A stretch of 64,000 bases of DNA from a virus (IMGVR_UViG_3300035099_000022:15620-79619), one strand, 5' to 3'. Positions 45,283 to 55,646 are shown, counted from the first letter of the stretch. Translations and numbers: made by a program. The notes: generated from the letters alone by a model not told the origin.

Positions 45283-46029
45283 CTACGTAGCCGATTCACG
45301 AACCACAATCGGCTCAACCGCCTTGCACTTGCCGGTAATCGAAATCGTGGCATTCTTGTAACTGATCTCACGGGTTTCTGAACGGAAATCAGGAAATGTC
45401 ACGCGCTCCAACTCGGCTGTGCCGCACGGCGGCGTGTGCAAAACCACAAGGTCCACGCAATACGGCTCACAAGGATCAGCGGAAGCGTTCACCCACTCAT
45501 CAGCCCCACCGACGCCTTTAAGAGCGTCCATCGGACTGACCGGCTCACTCGTACCCTGGGTAATGTGCTCGAACGTAGCTTCCAGTTTCACGTCCATCGG
45601 CACTTGGTCGCCTTCCCGCACAGTGTCCAAATCACCCCGATCCTTGAGATACTCGTACTCGTTGTGCTCGGTGTAGGTGATGTTCCCGTCCCCGACCTTG
45701 ATTTCAAGTTGCTGAGGATAGAACGTCACCATACCATTGTCCGTGTACGTGCCGGCCCCAAGCGCCGGTGTGAATTCGATATTCGTCGTCGGACTGGTAT
45801 CAGTCGGCGTGCAAGCGGTAACAGTGTGGAACACCTGAGTCGTCTCGCCCGCGACCTTAAACCGCGCCCCCACAGGCACCTTTTCGGTGTCAACCGTATT
45901 GAGCACAATAGTGTCAATGTCAAAATCAGTGTCATTCTGGACGGGTGGGGTCGCCTGATTGATTGCCCCCGTGCCGCTCAGACCGTCCTGGAAAAGGACA
46001 TTGCAGTCTCGCAATTCAATGCGTGCCAT
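45283..46029 (-). CDS. Major tail (tube) protein candidate
   Basis: 248 aa, Thr/Val-rich. Position between head-tail genes and tail chaperones. Confidence 0.4.
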   Translation of the reverse strand: MARIELRDCNVLFQDGLSGTGAINQATPPVQNDTDFDIDTIVLNTVDTEKVPVGARFKVAGETTQVFHTVTACTPTDTSPTTNIEFTPALGAGTYTDNGMVTFYPQQLEIKVGDGNITYTEHNEYEYLKDRGDLDTVREGDQVPMDVKLEATFEHITQGTSEPVSPMDALKGVGGADEWVNASADPCEPYCVDLVVLHTPPCGTAELERVTFPDFRSETREISYKNATISITGKCKAVEPIVVRESAT

Positions 46030-46050
46030 CTTCGGTTTCTCCTTGTCTGT

Positions 46051-46548
46051 CTACAGGTTGTTGGAAATTTCCATCAAATAACGAGCATCCACCATGCTCT
46101 GCTTCAAACGAGTCACAGCGTCGATCTGACCAAAGTGCATGACTTTGATAGCATCGTGCCGACCCGTCAGCGGCGAGAGACAACCTACCAAAGCGTGCTC
46201 ATCGTCGCCTGGTTGGTTTCCGTACTTATAAACCGCAATGGCTCCATCCATCGCTTCGTGGAACGCGCCAACCTTTTGCAAGATGGCGTACTGATTCTTC
46301 GTCTCATCGTAGGTGCTTGTAAACAACACATTCACCAGCAATTCGACGTGGAAATAGTTGCGGCTAACCTCACGAGTAAAAGGCCCTGTGATGCGCACTT
46401 CACAGCGGTCAGGGGCTTCCATGAAAGTTGTAGTGCGGTCGTCAAGTCCTTCAACGAGGCAGGGCAGATTCACGCTTTGAGCAATCCCTTTGAGGTAAGT
46501 AGCTACGGATGCAAAAACCCAGCGTGCCCAATTGGGATTGGCTGCCAT
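46051..46548 (-). CDS. Head-tail joining / tail completion protein
   Basis: Position. Confidence 0.3.
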   Translation of the reverse strand: MAANPNWARWVFASVATYLKGIAQSVNLPCLVEGLDDRTTTFMEAPDRCEVRITGPFTREVSRNYFHVELLVNVLFTSTYDETKNQYAILQKVGAFHEAMDGAIAVYKYGNQPGDDEHALVGCLSPLTGRHDAIKVMHFGQIDAVTRLKQSMVDARYLMEISNNL

Positions 46549-46549
46549 G

Positions 46550-47071
46550 TTACTTCTCCCCCGCGGCTTCTGAGTTAAGCGCCAACATGTCCCCGGTATC
46601 GGTTTCCAGATTCGACCCCATAATTCCTAGGGCCTCTCCCTTAATTTCCTTGCCGTGAATGATGTAGGCGGCGTCAAACTCGTATTCCTCGAAGTTTTCA
46701 ATAGCATACTTGCGACCATTGAAGACCAGCCAATCGCTTTCATGCAGCACGAGGGCAGGGCAATCGCGGCGCTCTACAATGAACAACCGCTTGCCGGCTT
46801 CATAGTTGCCGCCCATGACCAACTGCTTATTCGCGGAGATCAGCGAAATAGATTGCTTCACCTCGCGACTAATAGTAACAGGCAGGACAACAGCCCGATG
46901 AATCCGTGTAGCCGTCTTCATCCGGGTTACTTCACCGGTCTTCGTATCCGTAATCACCACATCGTTCTGATAAATCACGATGCTGCCACCATACTGTCGC
47001 TTAAGAGCGTACAGCACGCGACGAATCTGCTGATTCAAGCTGTAGCTCGCAGGATACGTCATTGGCAGCAA
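46550..47071 (-). CDS. Head-tail connector protein
   Basis: Position. Confidence 0.3.
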   Translation of the reverse strand: MLPMTYPASYSLNQQIRRVLYALKRQYGGSIVIYQNDVVITDTKTGEVTRMKTATRIHRAVVLPVTISREVKQSISLISANKQLVMGGNYEAGKRLFIVERRDCPALVLHESDWLVFNGRKYAIENFEEYEFDAAYIIHGKEIKGEALGIMGSNLETDTGDMLALNSEAAGEK

Positions 47072-47081
47072 CCTTCATGTA

Positions 47082-47324
47082 TCAGTTCCGATCCAGGGCC
47101 TTCTCCAAACGCTCCATCATCATGGTATTCTGCGCGATAACATCCGCACACCGTTCCACCAACGGCATCAACACGTTTCGCTGTTCGTCTTCAAGATCAG
47201 TGATGCGCTTGTTCAACCGACCCTCACGAACCCAGCCTTGCCAGAGAAAAAAAGCAACGACCAGGATCAACGGGCCGTATTGCCTCAAAAGCAACACCAA
47301 ATCGGCAAGGGTAGAGCTGTCCAT
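47082..47324 (-). CDS. Small head-associated protein
   Basis: 80 aa. Position downstream of the MCP. Confidence 0.3.
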   Translation of the reverse strand: MDSSTLADLVLLLRQYGPLILVVAFFLWQGWVREGRLNKRITDLEDEQRNVLMPLVERCADVIAQNTMMMERLEKALDRN

Positions 47325-47455
47325 CTCACGGCTCCATCCGCCCGCAGGCGCAGTGTTGTCGTCTTAACCGATGCAGAGATTCTTTGGCGGAAAGGCCGCC
47401 CGTCCGGGTATTTGACCCGAACGGGCGACCGTAACTCGCTACGAACAGACTCGGT

Positions 47456-48889
47456 TTAACCGAGCACCGGCACCAAGAGGCCGCTATCGAGAACCGCAAC
47501 ACCCGCAAGAATGTCGCAATTGACGATAGTGCCGCCCACATTGATGTCATATTGCATCAGCACACGCATCCCGATCCCGTTGTGAGGAACCACAGCGGCC
47601 ATAACACCCATGCGGGTGTCCGGCAACGCCAGGGGACGGGTAACGAGAGCCAAAGCATCCTGATGGAACGCCAGGTTCAGCGCGCCATAAGGACCAGGAA
47701 ACGCCGGATCGTCGTCGGCAACAGCGACTTCCAGCGGCCGATCCAGATACACCGTGCAAGTCGCGCCAGCGTCTTCCGACTCAATCACGGTATAAGTCCG
47801 ACGGCTGCTGCCCGTACCAAAAGCAAGCAACTGGCCAACCTGCGGAGCCTTGCCGGAGGTGTACCCATCCACAACAACGCCCTTGCTGTAACCGGCCGCA
47901 TAGCTGCCATTGGCGGCGCACGCCTTGTAACGCACCGTAGCCGCCAACGCCGAGGTGCCGTACTTATTGACCTCGTTGAGGGTCACAGCCGTAGTCTTAT
48001 CACTCGTCTCAGAGTGAGCCGTGATGTACGTCGGCTGATCGTTACCAGTCACCACCAGGAACTCACCCGTCGTAACCGCGCTCGTAATACCGGAGCATGC
48101 CTGCGACCCATTCGCGCCGGCAGCCAGAGCGTTGGTAATAACCAGCGTGGCGTCAGTATCCGCCCCAGAGAGCGGGCAATTGACGTTCTGGCACATGAAA
48201 GTGTCGAAACCAAGGATGCGTCCCAGAGTGGCGCTCTCCAGCGCCGTTCCACCGTCGCCGCGCTCATTGGCCTTCAAGAAAATGTCGGTCTTCAGCATGG
48301 CAGTCTCGCTGGTGGGAGCCATGACGAGTCGCCGGCCATCCAGTGGAGCCTTGTTGACATTCAGCTTCTCGCGAGCCTCCAGCACATAGTCCTTGGCGGT
48401 GCTGGCCGACAGGCCGCCCAACTTGCCCACGCGGCTCGACGGTGTGCCAAGAAACGCATGGACCCGACCAAGCAGGGCGCGATCGACGCCGCGAGCAATG
48501 GTCTGCATCGCCGGCCGAAGATAGATGTCGGTCAACTCCTGGAAGGACTTGCTGCCTTCCCCATCCCGGATCACAAAAGACGAATAGAACCACTGATCCA
48601 GCGCAACTGGCACATTAGTGGCAGTGGCGTCTTGCTGGGTTAACGTGGTGCCATCCGTCTTCCGGCGAATTTTGAACTCACCGGGCTTCCGAGTATTCAC
48701 CACATCGCCGAATTTAGCGACTTCATTCTCAAAGTCACGGTGGACGAGGTTCGCCATAACCATGTTCTCTTCCAGGATGGCGAGACCTTCCTGCGCCCAC
48801 AACTCAGGGATGTAGGCATCCAAATTGTTTTCGTAGCAGGCCGCAAACGGCCGAGAAAGATACAGAGACTTCATTGTTGTCTCCTCCAT
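47456..48889 (-). CDS. Major capsid protein
   Basis: 477 aa. Position after the scaffold gene. Gly/Ala/Thr-rich composition typical of capsid proteins. Confidence 0.55.
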   Translation of the reverse strand: MEETTMKSLYLSRPFAACYENNLDAYIPELWAQEGLAILEENMVMANLVHRDFENEVAKFGDVVNTRKPGEFKIRRKTDGTTLTQQDATATNVPVALDQWFYSSFVIRDGEGSKSFQELTDIYLRPAMQTIARGVDRALLGRVHAFLGTPSSRVGKLGGLSASTAKDYVLEAREKLNVNKAPLDGRRLVMAPTSETAMLKTDIFLKANERGDGGTALESATLGRILGFDTFMCQNVNCPLSGADTDATLVITNALAAGANGSQACSGITSAVTTGEFLVVTGNDQPTYITAHSETSDKTTAVTLNEVNKYGTSALAATVRYKACAANGSYAAGYSKGVVVDGYTSGKAPQVGQLLAFGTGSSRRTYTVIESEDAGATCTVYLDRPLEVAVADDDPAFPGPYGALNLAFHQDALALVTRPLALPDTRMGVMAAVVPHNGIGMRVLMQYDINVGGTIVNCDILAGVAVLDSGLLVPVLG

Positions 48890-48932
48890 AAGATGTGTTG
48901 TTGACTTTAGCCCACTTTAATGAGCCGACCTT

Positions 48933-49838
48933 TTACCGGCCCCCTGATGAAGACGTTAGGCGGCGCTTGGGAGCAAGACCGAGCCATTCAGGGTGCTGTG
49001 CTCGAATCTCTCGATACTGTGCGGGCGTCAGCTTCCGCACGTCAATCTTGCCGCCTTGACCCGGCGCAATGCCGCCGGTGGCAGAACCGGAACCGATGCC
49101 CGACACCACGCCTGACTTAAACAAGTTGCCATACTGATCGGGCAACTCCTTCATTCGTCTCACGGCCTCTTCGGGGCTGCGCACCATCAGTTCCAATTCG
49201 TTAGTTTTCGGGTTGACATCCATCATTTCAACCTTGACCTCATAGCTACCGTTAGGTCGCTTCGTGATCGGATCGACACCCTCGACCAGCTTTGTCATAG
49301 GCTTAAGAATCGTGACGATCTGGCTTGGGCTGAAGGCGTCGTTCTTCACAGCAGCATCTTGCAACGCGCGCTGAACCGTGGATTCACGATACAGCGACTC
49401 CCAAGTGGTGGCCTTCTTCTCCACATCGGCCAACCGTGCCTGATACGACTGCTCCAATTCCTGTTTCTCCTTGGCGGCCTGAGCTTCCACTGACCGCAAC
49501 TGGCCTTGAACGGACACCAAGTTTTCCTGCAGTGCTTTCCGATCTTGCTCAGTCAACTGGCTGCTCTTAAGAACCGCCTCCAATTTCTCAGCCTGCTCTT
49601 TGAGTTGGGCCTGATGCTTGCGGCGATCCTCCGCGAGAATGCGATTCAGTTCCGCTTGCGTAAACAGCTTGCCAGTGTTGCCGCCCGCATTATCACCAGC
49701 ATTGCCGCCCGCATTGCCGCCCGCATTGCCGCCCGCATTGCCGCCCGCATTACTGTCACCCCCGGCATTGTCGCCACTTTGGCCTTCGCCCTCGAAGCAC
49801 ACAAACCAAGGCTGCGCGAGATACAGGGAATTAAACAT
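48933..49838 (-). CDS. Scaffolding protein with (GGNAG)n repeat
   Basis: Coiled-coil, Gln/Glu/Lys-rich body. N-terminal GGNAGGNAGGNAGGNAGDNAGGN encoded by 12-bp repeats. Position between portal and MCP. Confidence 0.5.
   Translation of the reverse strand: MFNSLYLAQPWFVCFEGEGQSGDNAGGDSNAGGNAGGNAGGNAGGNAGDNAGGNTGKLFTQAELNRILAEDRRKHQAQLKEQAEKLEAVLKSSQLTEQDRKALQENLVSVQGQLRSVEAQAAKEKQELEQSYQARLADVEKKATTWESLYRESTVQRALQDAAVKNDAFSPSQIVTILKPMTKLVEGVDPITKRPNGSYEVKVEMMDVNPKTNELELMVRSPEEAVRRMKELPDQYGNLFKSGVVSGIGSGSATGGIAPGQGGKIDVRKLTPAQYREIRAQHPEWLGLAPKRRLTSSSGGR
49674..49752. repeat. 12-bp tandem repeat ATTGCCGCCCGC x about 6
   Basis: Read directly. Encodes GGNAGGNAG in the scaffold gene. Confidence 0.85.
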
Positions 49839-49952
49839 TCGTACCTTCCTTCTTTACACCGTGATGGAAATAACAAGACATCCGCCTATCACGTCTCGGC
49901 GGGCTTGACCCGGCATGTAATAACCGGTAAAAAGGAAAGCCAGGACACACGC

Positions 49953-50552
49953 CTAGCTCAGTCGAGCTAATTTCAAGGCATCCGAGTCGCGCAGGAAAGG
50001 CTTAAGCAAGCGCCACGCGACAGAACTCGGCACCATGTTAATGATGTGTTCGATGGGCAGTTGCGACCGCTCGTAACTCGTCTTCACACCACCATAATTC
50101 ATCGCATTGACAGCCAGATTCTCCAACTCCAACTCTGGGTCTTTCCCGTCCAGCAGAGCATAAGCAATCTCGTAACTCGCAATCCGCACTGCCTCGGGAA
50201 CTTCCGTGTCAGCCCCGCGCGGAAACTCAAGCGATTGACTGGCCTCGGCAGCCCTAATCTCATCTTGCGTAGCTGAAGCATTAGCAAGCAAAAGCATGTA
50301 AACAGCGTGTTTATCACCCTTGTAATTCAAAGCATCGATAATCCCGCGAGCGGCAATCAGTGCCTTCTCCCGGTCAACATCGCTAGCGTCTGTCCAGGCC
50401 GTTTCATGCAACCGATTGGCAAAATAGTCATTCGCCTCAGCCAATCGTTCCGCCGCCGTATCGCCAGGTTGCTTGCCGTAGTAGTCAAAGTTGAGAGCCA
50501 TCCACCCGCTCCTAGACCACGATTCGCAAATACTGACTATTGGCGCTCGCAT
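49953..50552 (-). CDS. Head morphogenesis-associated hypothetical protein
   Basis: 199 aa. Position only. Confidence 0.3.
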   Translation of the reverse strand: MRAPIVSICESWSRSGWMALNFDYYGKQPGDTAAERLAEANDYFANRLHETAWTDASDVDREKALIAARGIIDALNYKGDKHAVYMLLLANASATQDEIRAAEASQSLEFPRGADTEVPEAVRIASYEIAYALLDGKDPELELENLAVNAMNYGGVKTSYERSQLPIEHIINMVPSSVAWRLLKPFLRDSDALKLARLS

Positions 50553-50592
50553 CCCTATTCATCGCCGTAGCTGCTGCGCCGCCGGTATCATA

Positions 50593-52386
50593 TCAGGACT
50601 GTTTCCACTTCCCCTTGCCACGCACACGCGGGGTTGTCGTGTCACGCATAGTAGTATCGCGGCTGGCGGCCTTCTCCTCGCGGCCAGCGTTCGGATTCGC
50701 CGACAAGTCTTTCAAGCCACGAGCCGCAGGATCGCCTGCCGCGTTGCTGCCACTGCGCCCTAATCCCTGGGACAAAACAATCCGCTCAATACGAGCTAAA
50801 TGATCTTCCCGCGCCCGCTCATATTCATCTTCATCGAAACCCAACGCAATCGAGCCAGTCTTCTCTCCACAGACCCCATTCTGCACTGCTTGCAAAATCA
50901 CGTCTGGGGCACTGGTCGTATAATTAGCCTTATCGATCTCGCGATTGATTTCTTCAAGATCATCCACACTGATCTTGCCACCCAAGAGGGCAGCAACCAT
51001 GCTCTTCGCCAACTCCCGCTTGACTTTGCGGCCCGGAATCGCGTCCATGAGCCGCCTCAAATCCTGAGCCTCCTTGATGCGGTCAGCATCCGACTTCAGG
51101 CTGTACCGTTCCGGATACTTGATCGTCGCCACTTCGCGCTTGCTCGGATTCCGCTCTTCATAGGCCGCCCAGAACTCGGCAATCTGCCGCTCGGCGCTTT
51201 CCAAAAGCAATCCGATGTAGCTCAACCCGGCTTCAAGACCTTGGTTGTCCATCGCCTTGGACTCAGCCGAAGCACGAACAGCAAGACTCGATACAGCGAG
51301 GTTAACCAACTCGCGAATATCCCGCTTGAGTCGATCTTGCAATTCCAAACTCGCCCGCAGCGGCTCAGCCGAAGGGTTGATGAAGGCCGGAGGGTTCATC
51401 CCCTTGTCATAGGTACGACCGTGTGTCGCACCCACCTTGATACTGGCATCAGCCGCACCCTGCCCGCCGCTGGTAGCCGTGCCGTCCTCCGTAGCAGCAT
51501 GTTTCAGGTGGGCACCCACCGCCCGCATATCTCGCTGCTCGATGTAGAACGGGAAGTTCGACCGCAGGGCGTAGTTCACGTCACTGGAACCAAGATTCAA
51601 CAGCGCAATCTGCTGTTGACACACATCCTTTATCAAGCTGCGACCGGTGTCCAAAAGTACAAACGGAATACGCTCCAATTCCAAAGCAATCGGCCCACTC
51701 GGGTCGCCATTTGAATCCGTCGGTTCACCTTTGAGATTGTAGAACTGCAAATGAACCTGACCGTCTTCAATCCACAGGTAACGATACCGCTGAACATTCA
51801 AGGTCGGTAACAAGGTCGATTGGTCATACTGCGTCACCGTATCTCGCAAAAGCACCGCCTGGAATTCCGACGGGGCTTCAGGTTTCGCGCACGTCCAAGA
51901 GAGAATATCTTCGATCTGATAGCAGTAAAGATATGGAGACGCTTGAGCAACGTCCGCCAACGTGGCATCTCGCGGAACCAACGGGGCATCAACAAACACG
52001 CCCACCTTCCCCATGACAAGCAACTCAGTCAAAACCTTTACACCCAAAAAGGCATTCATGGTTGAGCCGCGCCGATCCACACCGAGATGCAGACCGTTGA
52101 CAGCATACTGATAGCCCTGGCTGCCACCCTTACGCACGATGTCCCGCATCCGCTGATAGATCGCATTGCGGATATCATCCACTGCCGCCCCCGCGAAACG
52201 TGGCACAGGCGTCATAGCCCTGCGGATATTGAAATCAGCCAAATCTTCGCGCGTAGAGAACTTTTCCAGGTAGGCATCCCGAAAAGCATCCCCACCTTCG
52301 TAAGTTCGTCGCCACTTTTCCCAATCCACCATGCCGGAGAGATAGCCGGGATGTCGGGAATCGACAAGGTTGACTGTCTCTGCCAT
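50593..52386 (-). CDS. Portal protein
   Basis: About 598 aa. Immediately downstream of TerL. Start trimmed to the internal Met MAETVNL... to remove the overlap. Confidence 0.5.
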   Translation of the reverse strand: MAETVNLVDSRHPGYLSGMVDWEKWRRTYEGGDAFRDAYLEKFSTREDLADFNIRRAMTPVPRFAGAAVDDIRNAIYQRMRDIVRKGGSQGYQYAVNGLHLGVDRRGSTMNAFLGVKVLTELLVMGKVGVFVDAPLVPRDATLADVAQASPYLYCYQIEDILSWTCAKPEAPSEFQAVLLRDTVTQYDQSTLLPTLNVQRYRYLWIEDGQVHLQFYNLKGEPTDSNGDPSGPIALELERIPFVLLDTGRSLIKDVCQQQIALLNLGSSDVNYALRSNFPFYIEQRDMRAVGAHLKHAATEDGTATSGGQGAADASIKVGATHGRTYDKGMNPPAFINPSAEPLRASLELQDRLKRDIRELVNLAVSSLAVRASAESKAMDNQGLEAGLSYIGLLLESAERQIAEFWAAYEERNPSKREVATIKYPERYSLKSDADRIKEAQDLRRLMDAIPGRKVKRELAKSMVAALLGGKISVDDLEEINREIDKANYTTSAPDVILQAVQNGVCGEKTGSIALGFDEDEYERAREDHLARIERIVLSQGLGRSGSNAAGDPAARGLKDLSANPNAGREEKAASRDTTMRDTTTPRVRGKGKWKQS

Positions 52387-52399
52387 GTCCCAGCCTCTC

Positions 52400-54088
52400 T
52401 TACGTGACCTTGCCAATGTCTTCCGCGCTACTGCTCGTTGCCGCCAGAGCCAATCCGATATCAGCATACACCAGAGAATGGGCGTAGTGATCCGCCCCCT
52501 GATTCACGTAGGTCGCCACCATGTTGCCCGTCTCGTCTTTCTCGTAGGTCCGCACCAGGTTTTTAACGTGCTCGCGGTACTCCAGTGAAATGTCGCGAGG
52601 TAGAAGAATGCGGGGTGGATTCGTCTTAAAACGACCGAGCGTGCAGCTAAGCCAACTTGTTCTATCCACAATGGCAAACGGCGCACCACTGTCTTCCTCT
52701 TGGATACTGATTTCCTTAGCCGTCGGGCCGCGACGGTATCGTGTCAACCACACATAGCCATGAAACTTGCGAGCAAACCGACGCGCGTCATTGATATTCG
52801 GGTCAGCATCCACCACACAAGCCAGGACTTGCCACTCCCGCATCAATTCGCTGAGATAATCCCAGCCATCTTCCAAAAACTTCCCGAACCAAAGCAGTTT
52901 GCCGACAACCGCCGCACTGATATCACTACCAGGGTATGGATCGAACTTCCATTCAACCACCGAAATATATCCGATCTTACCTTGATCCACGCCCATCGTT
53001 ATCAACCGTTCGCCACCAATATGCGGACGCCGATCCGTTGTCACGTGACCACGAACACAGTCATCCAGCATCTCATCCGTAACTTGAGCACCTTCACCAA
53101 CGAACGGTACCCCTAGCTTACTGCAATGAAATTCCGTCGCCATCGCCTCATCGCCAAGACTCCGATGATAAGCAACCACCAACTCACCGGGCGTAACTGT
53201 AGATGAGTACAACTGGTTGATGTAAAAGCTGCGACATTCCTCAGCATTGACTTGCAATTCGGTCGGCCGCCACACGCCCTCTGCCAAGAAGCGCGGCTTA
53301 TCTTCATGCTCTAACCGACCCTTGCACTCCTTACACTTGAGGAATGACTCCTTGCAACGCGGATCATTAGCCGATTCACCAACGATCTCCACGCAAACAG
53401 GCCAAATCAGTTCGGTCCATCGGCTGCAATGTGGACACCGAAAATAAAAGTGTTCCTGGGTGCCCATTAAATACAGCTTATGAATGCCAACCTTGGGAAT
53501 AGTTGGCGTCGAGACAGCAACAATGTGCTTCTCAACCTGACCAGACAAACGCTCTAATGCAAGAGCCACTGCATGGTCATCCATTTCATCCAACTCATCC
53601 AAGATCAACTCGGACACCGGAATAGACTTCAAGTTGCTGTCACCACGGCTCCCGCGAATATACAAGACATTCGTGCCGGTCGATTTCAGCCCCACAGTAT
53701 TCGTATCGACAAACAAGTCTTTAAGATACGGGCTGAGCTTCAGAGCAGTCGCAAAACGAGCTTTAGAAAAATCGCCCGCATTGATTGTCGTGGGTAGGAC
53801 GTAAAGCACATCCCGTTTCAACTGATCCAGTGTGTAGAAGGCCCGGTTGATTCCCGTCTCAGTAACACCCAACTGAGCGGCCTTCATCGTCACCGTCCAG
53901 GCGGCTTGACTATCATGAAGTTCTTTGCACCACGGGTGTCGCGTAAAGCTGTAAGGCCCGTTGAAAGGTGCCCCCATGATTCGTCGATGCTCAGCCCATC
54001 GACTGCAAGACGTAAGGGTCTTGCTCTTCAACCCTTCCATCATTGTGTCAGTAACAAGATGCAGCAAAGGATCATGCTTCTTGCGCAC
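52400..54088 (-). CDS. Terminase large subunit (GpA-like)
   Basis: N-terminal ATPase with MKAAQLGVTETG (GpA-type Walker A variant). Walker B LILDELDEM. Zinc-finger CPHCSRW...CKECKG. C-terminal nuclease-like half. Confidence 0.75.
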   Translation of the reverse strand: MRKKHDPLLHLVTDTMMEGLKSKTLTSCSRWAEHRRIMGAPFNGPYSFTRHPWCKELHDSQAAWTVTMKAAQLGVTETGINRAFYTLDQLKRDVLYVLPTTINAGDFSKARFATALKLSPYLKDLFVDTNTVGLKSTGTNVLYIRGSRGDSNLKSIPVSELILDELDEMDDHAVALALERLSGQVEKHIVAVSTPTIPKVGIHKLYLMGTQEHFYFRCPHCSRWTELIWPVCVEIVGESANDPRCKESFLKCKECKGRLEHEDKPRFLAEGVWRPTELQVNAEECRSFYINQLYSSTVTPGELVVAYHRSLGDEAMATEFHCSKLGVPFVGEGAQVTDEMLDDCVRGHVTTDRRPHIGGERLITMGVDQGKIGYISVVEWKFDPYPGSDISAAVVGKLLWFGKFLEDGWDYLSELMREWQVLACVVDADPNINDARRFARKFHGYVWLTRYRRGPTAKEISIQEEDSGAPFAIVDRTSWLSCTLGRFKTNPPRILLPRDISLEYREHVKNLVRTYEKDETGNMVATYVNQGADHYAHSLVYADIGLALAATSSSAEDIGKVT

Positions 54089-54479
54089 GTTTGTCGTCTA
54101 CGCCGCCGACAAAAAAGCTCTTCTTAGAAGAATCAGTCCTCGACGACACAGGCCGCTCGACAGGCCGCTCGACGGGCCGCTCGACGGGCCGCTCGACGGG
54201 CCGCTCGACGGGCCGCTCGACGGGCCGCTCGACGGGCCGCTCGACGGACCGCTTGACGCGCGACTTAATTACTGTCGAACTACAACCAGGCGGCAGAACG
54301 CCCTGACGAGTCAGCGGGTAGCCACACACCTCCACGTCATCTTCATTCACACCCACAGGAAGCGCAACTTCGACCACACGATGCGAGTCATCCACCGTCA
54401 TAGTCTGGACGCCAACCGGGGTAATCACTTCGAGCCTATACTGCGGAAAAGCGTCATTAAACGGAATTGTTACTCGCAT
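54072..54479 (-). CDS. Small protein with (VERP)x9 repeat; terminase small subunit candidate
   Basis: 135 aa, immediately upstream of TerL. A 12-bp tandem repeat encodes VERPVERPVERP. Confidence 0.3.
   Translation of the reverse strand: MRVTIPFNDAFPQYRLEVITPVGVQTMTVDDSHRVVEVALPVGVNEDDVEVCGYPLTRQGVLPPGCSSTVIKSRVKRSVERPVERPVERPVERPVERPVERPVERPVERPVSSRTDSSKKSFFVGGVDDKRAQEA
54151..54262. repeat. 12-bp tandem repeat GGGCCGCTCGAC x about 9
   Basis: Read directly. Encodes the VERP repeats. Confidence 0.9.
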
Positions 54480-54732
54480 TGCGTTCCTCCTGTTGCTGAA
54501 TAATCTGATTGAGACGAGCTACCAACTTTTGTAGTTGCTGTACAGGATTACCAGGCACACCAAGCATCACGTAACCGGCCATCATTTCGACAACCGAATT
54601 ACAAGCATACAAGGATTGATGCCACAGTTTCTCCCCTTCAGCCGCCAAAACATTCATCGTCTTTGGCGGCAACGGTTCGGGCTTCGGCTCCGAACAATTG
54701 CGGCAACGTCGTTGGACCATTGGTTCTTTCAT
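54457..54732 (-). CDS. Hypothetical protein
   Basis: 91-aa ORF. Confidence 0.3.
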   Translation of the reverse strand: MKEPMVQRRCRNCSEPKPEPLPPKTMNVLAAEGEKLWHQSLYACNSVVEMMAGYVMLGVPGNPVQQLQKLVARLNQIIQQQEERNASNNSV

Positions 54733-55058
54733 CGCCGTGTCAAAGCGATAACCACAAAGACATCCTGCGTCCGCACAATCGGCTTCCCGCAGACATAGAC
54801 GAAAAACATCGGCACGCTAGTCACACCGTATTTACGAGCCAACTCTGGGTTAATGTCAACATCCACTGTCTGAACTTCCACGCCACGAGCTTTCACCTGT
54901 GCCAACAAAGGCTTAGCCTGCTGACAAACTGGACACCAGGAAGCCGTGAAAACAACCACTTTCGGTCGGGTGCATTCGTCTTGATGCAATTGTGGATTCT
55001 TGCAACCAAGCAACAACAGCGTGGTCAGCACCATACAAGCCGCCCGCACTGTTAACAT
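54729..55058 (-). CDS. Thioredoxin-like lipoprotein
   Basis: Signal peptide with lipobox (LLLLGC). Thioredoxin fold with WCPVC active-site motif and VPMFFV. Confidence 0.65.
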   Translation of the reverse strand: MLTVRAACMVLTTLLLLGCKNPQLHQDECTRPKVVVFTASWCPVCQQAKPLLAQVKARGVEVQTVDVDINPELARKYGVTSVPMFFVYVCGKPIVRTQDVFVVIALTRR

Positions 55059-55145
55059 ATTTCATCACCATTCATTGATTCTCTGGTGACTCGCGAAAAT
55101 CCGAGAGCCACCAGAGAATCAGCCCCGTATGGAAACGGGGCTGTT

Positions 55146-55178
55146 GGCGTCTATTAACCGACGCAAAGGTTCTTTGTC
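55146..55178 (-). promoter_or_regulatory. Upstream motif copy 3 (GGGACAAAGAACCTTTGCGTCGGTTAATAGA), 5' of the thioredoxin-like gene
   Basis: Contains the palindrome CAAAGAACCTTTG. Two hairpins follow it (55085-55125). Confidence 0.4.
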
Positions 55179-55199
55179 CCAAAGAGGCAAAAATGGTTA

Positions 55200-55646
55200 C
55201 TAACCCTGGGAAGCCTCGGAAGCGGGAGCCGGAGCCGGAGCCGGAACTTCAAGAGCGGCAATCTTCGCCTTAATCAGAGCCACCGCCTCGGGCTGCTGCA
55301 GTTTAGCGTCCAAGACACGCTCGTAAACGCCGCTCAATTCCTTCTCGATCGCATCACTGCCAGCTTCGACAATCTTAGCAACATCGTGAATTTTCTCCAC
55401 CATGTCCTGTATGTCGCCCACAGCAAAGTCTTCGAGTAAAGCAGGGAGCAGACGTAAGCCATTCTCACGCAGCTTACCGGCCAGCACTTGGGCAGCTCGC
55501 TTCTTCTGCATCAGCTTAGCATTCTGGCCAAAAAGCCACTTGCCAACGTCACGGCCGACGAAAATGGAAACCACGACTGCAAGAATCCAGATCACAACGA
55601 TGGGGTTCATGTATTCTCTCCAAAATGGGAATGGTTGCTCAAGCAA
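55200..55646 (-). CDS. Membrane protein (holin/spanin-like candidate)
   Basis: N-terminal TM helix IVVIWILAVVVSIFVG. Otherwise alpha-helical. Confidence 0.35.
   Translation of the reverse strand: MLEQPFPFWREYMNPIVVIWILAVVVSIFVGRDVGKWLFGQNAKLMQKKRAAQVLAGKLRENGLRLLPALLEDFAVGDIQDMVEKIHDVAKIVEAGSDAIEKELSGVYERVLDAKLQQPEAVALIKAKIAALEVPAPAPAPASEASQG

Noticed and set aside
54151-54262. CRISPR array (also considered for the other tandem arrays at 4791, 10541, 12727 and 61771)
   Set aside because: The units are 8-18 bp and directly abutting, with no spacers. Most lie in frame inside coding regions. No cas genes are present.
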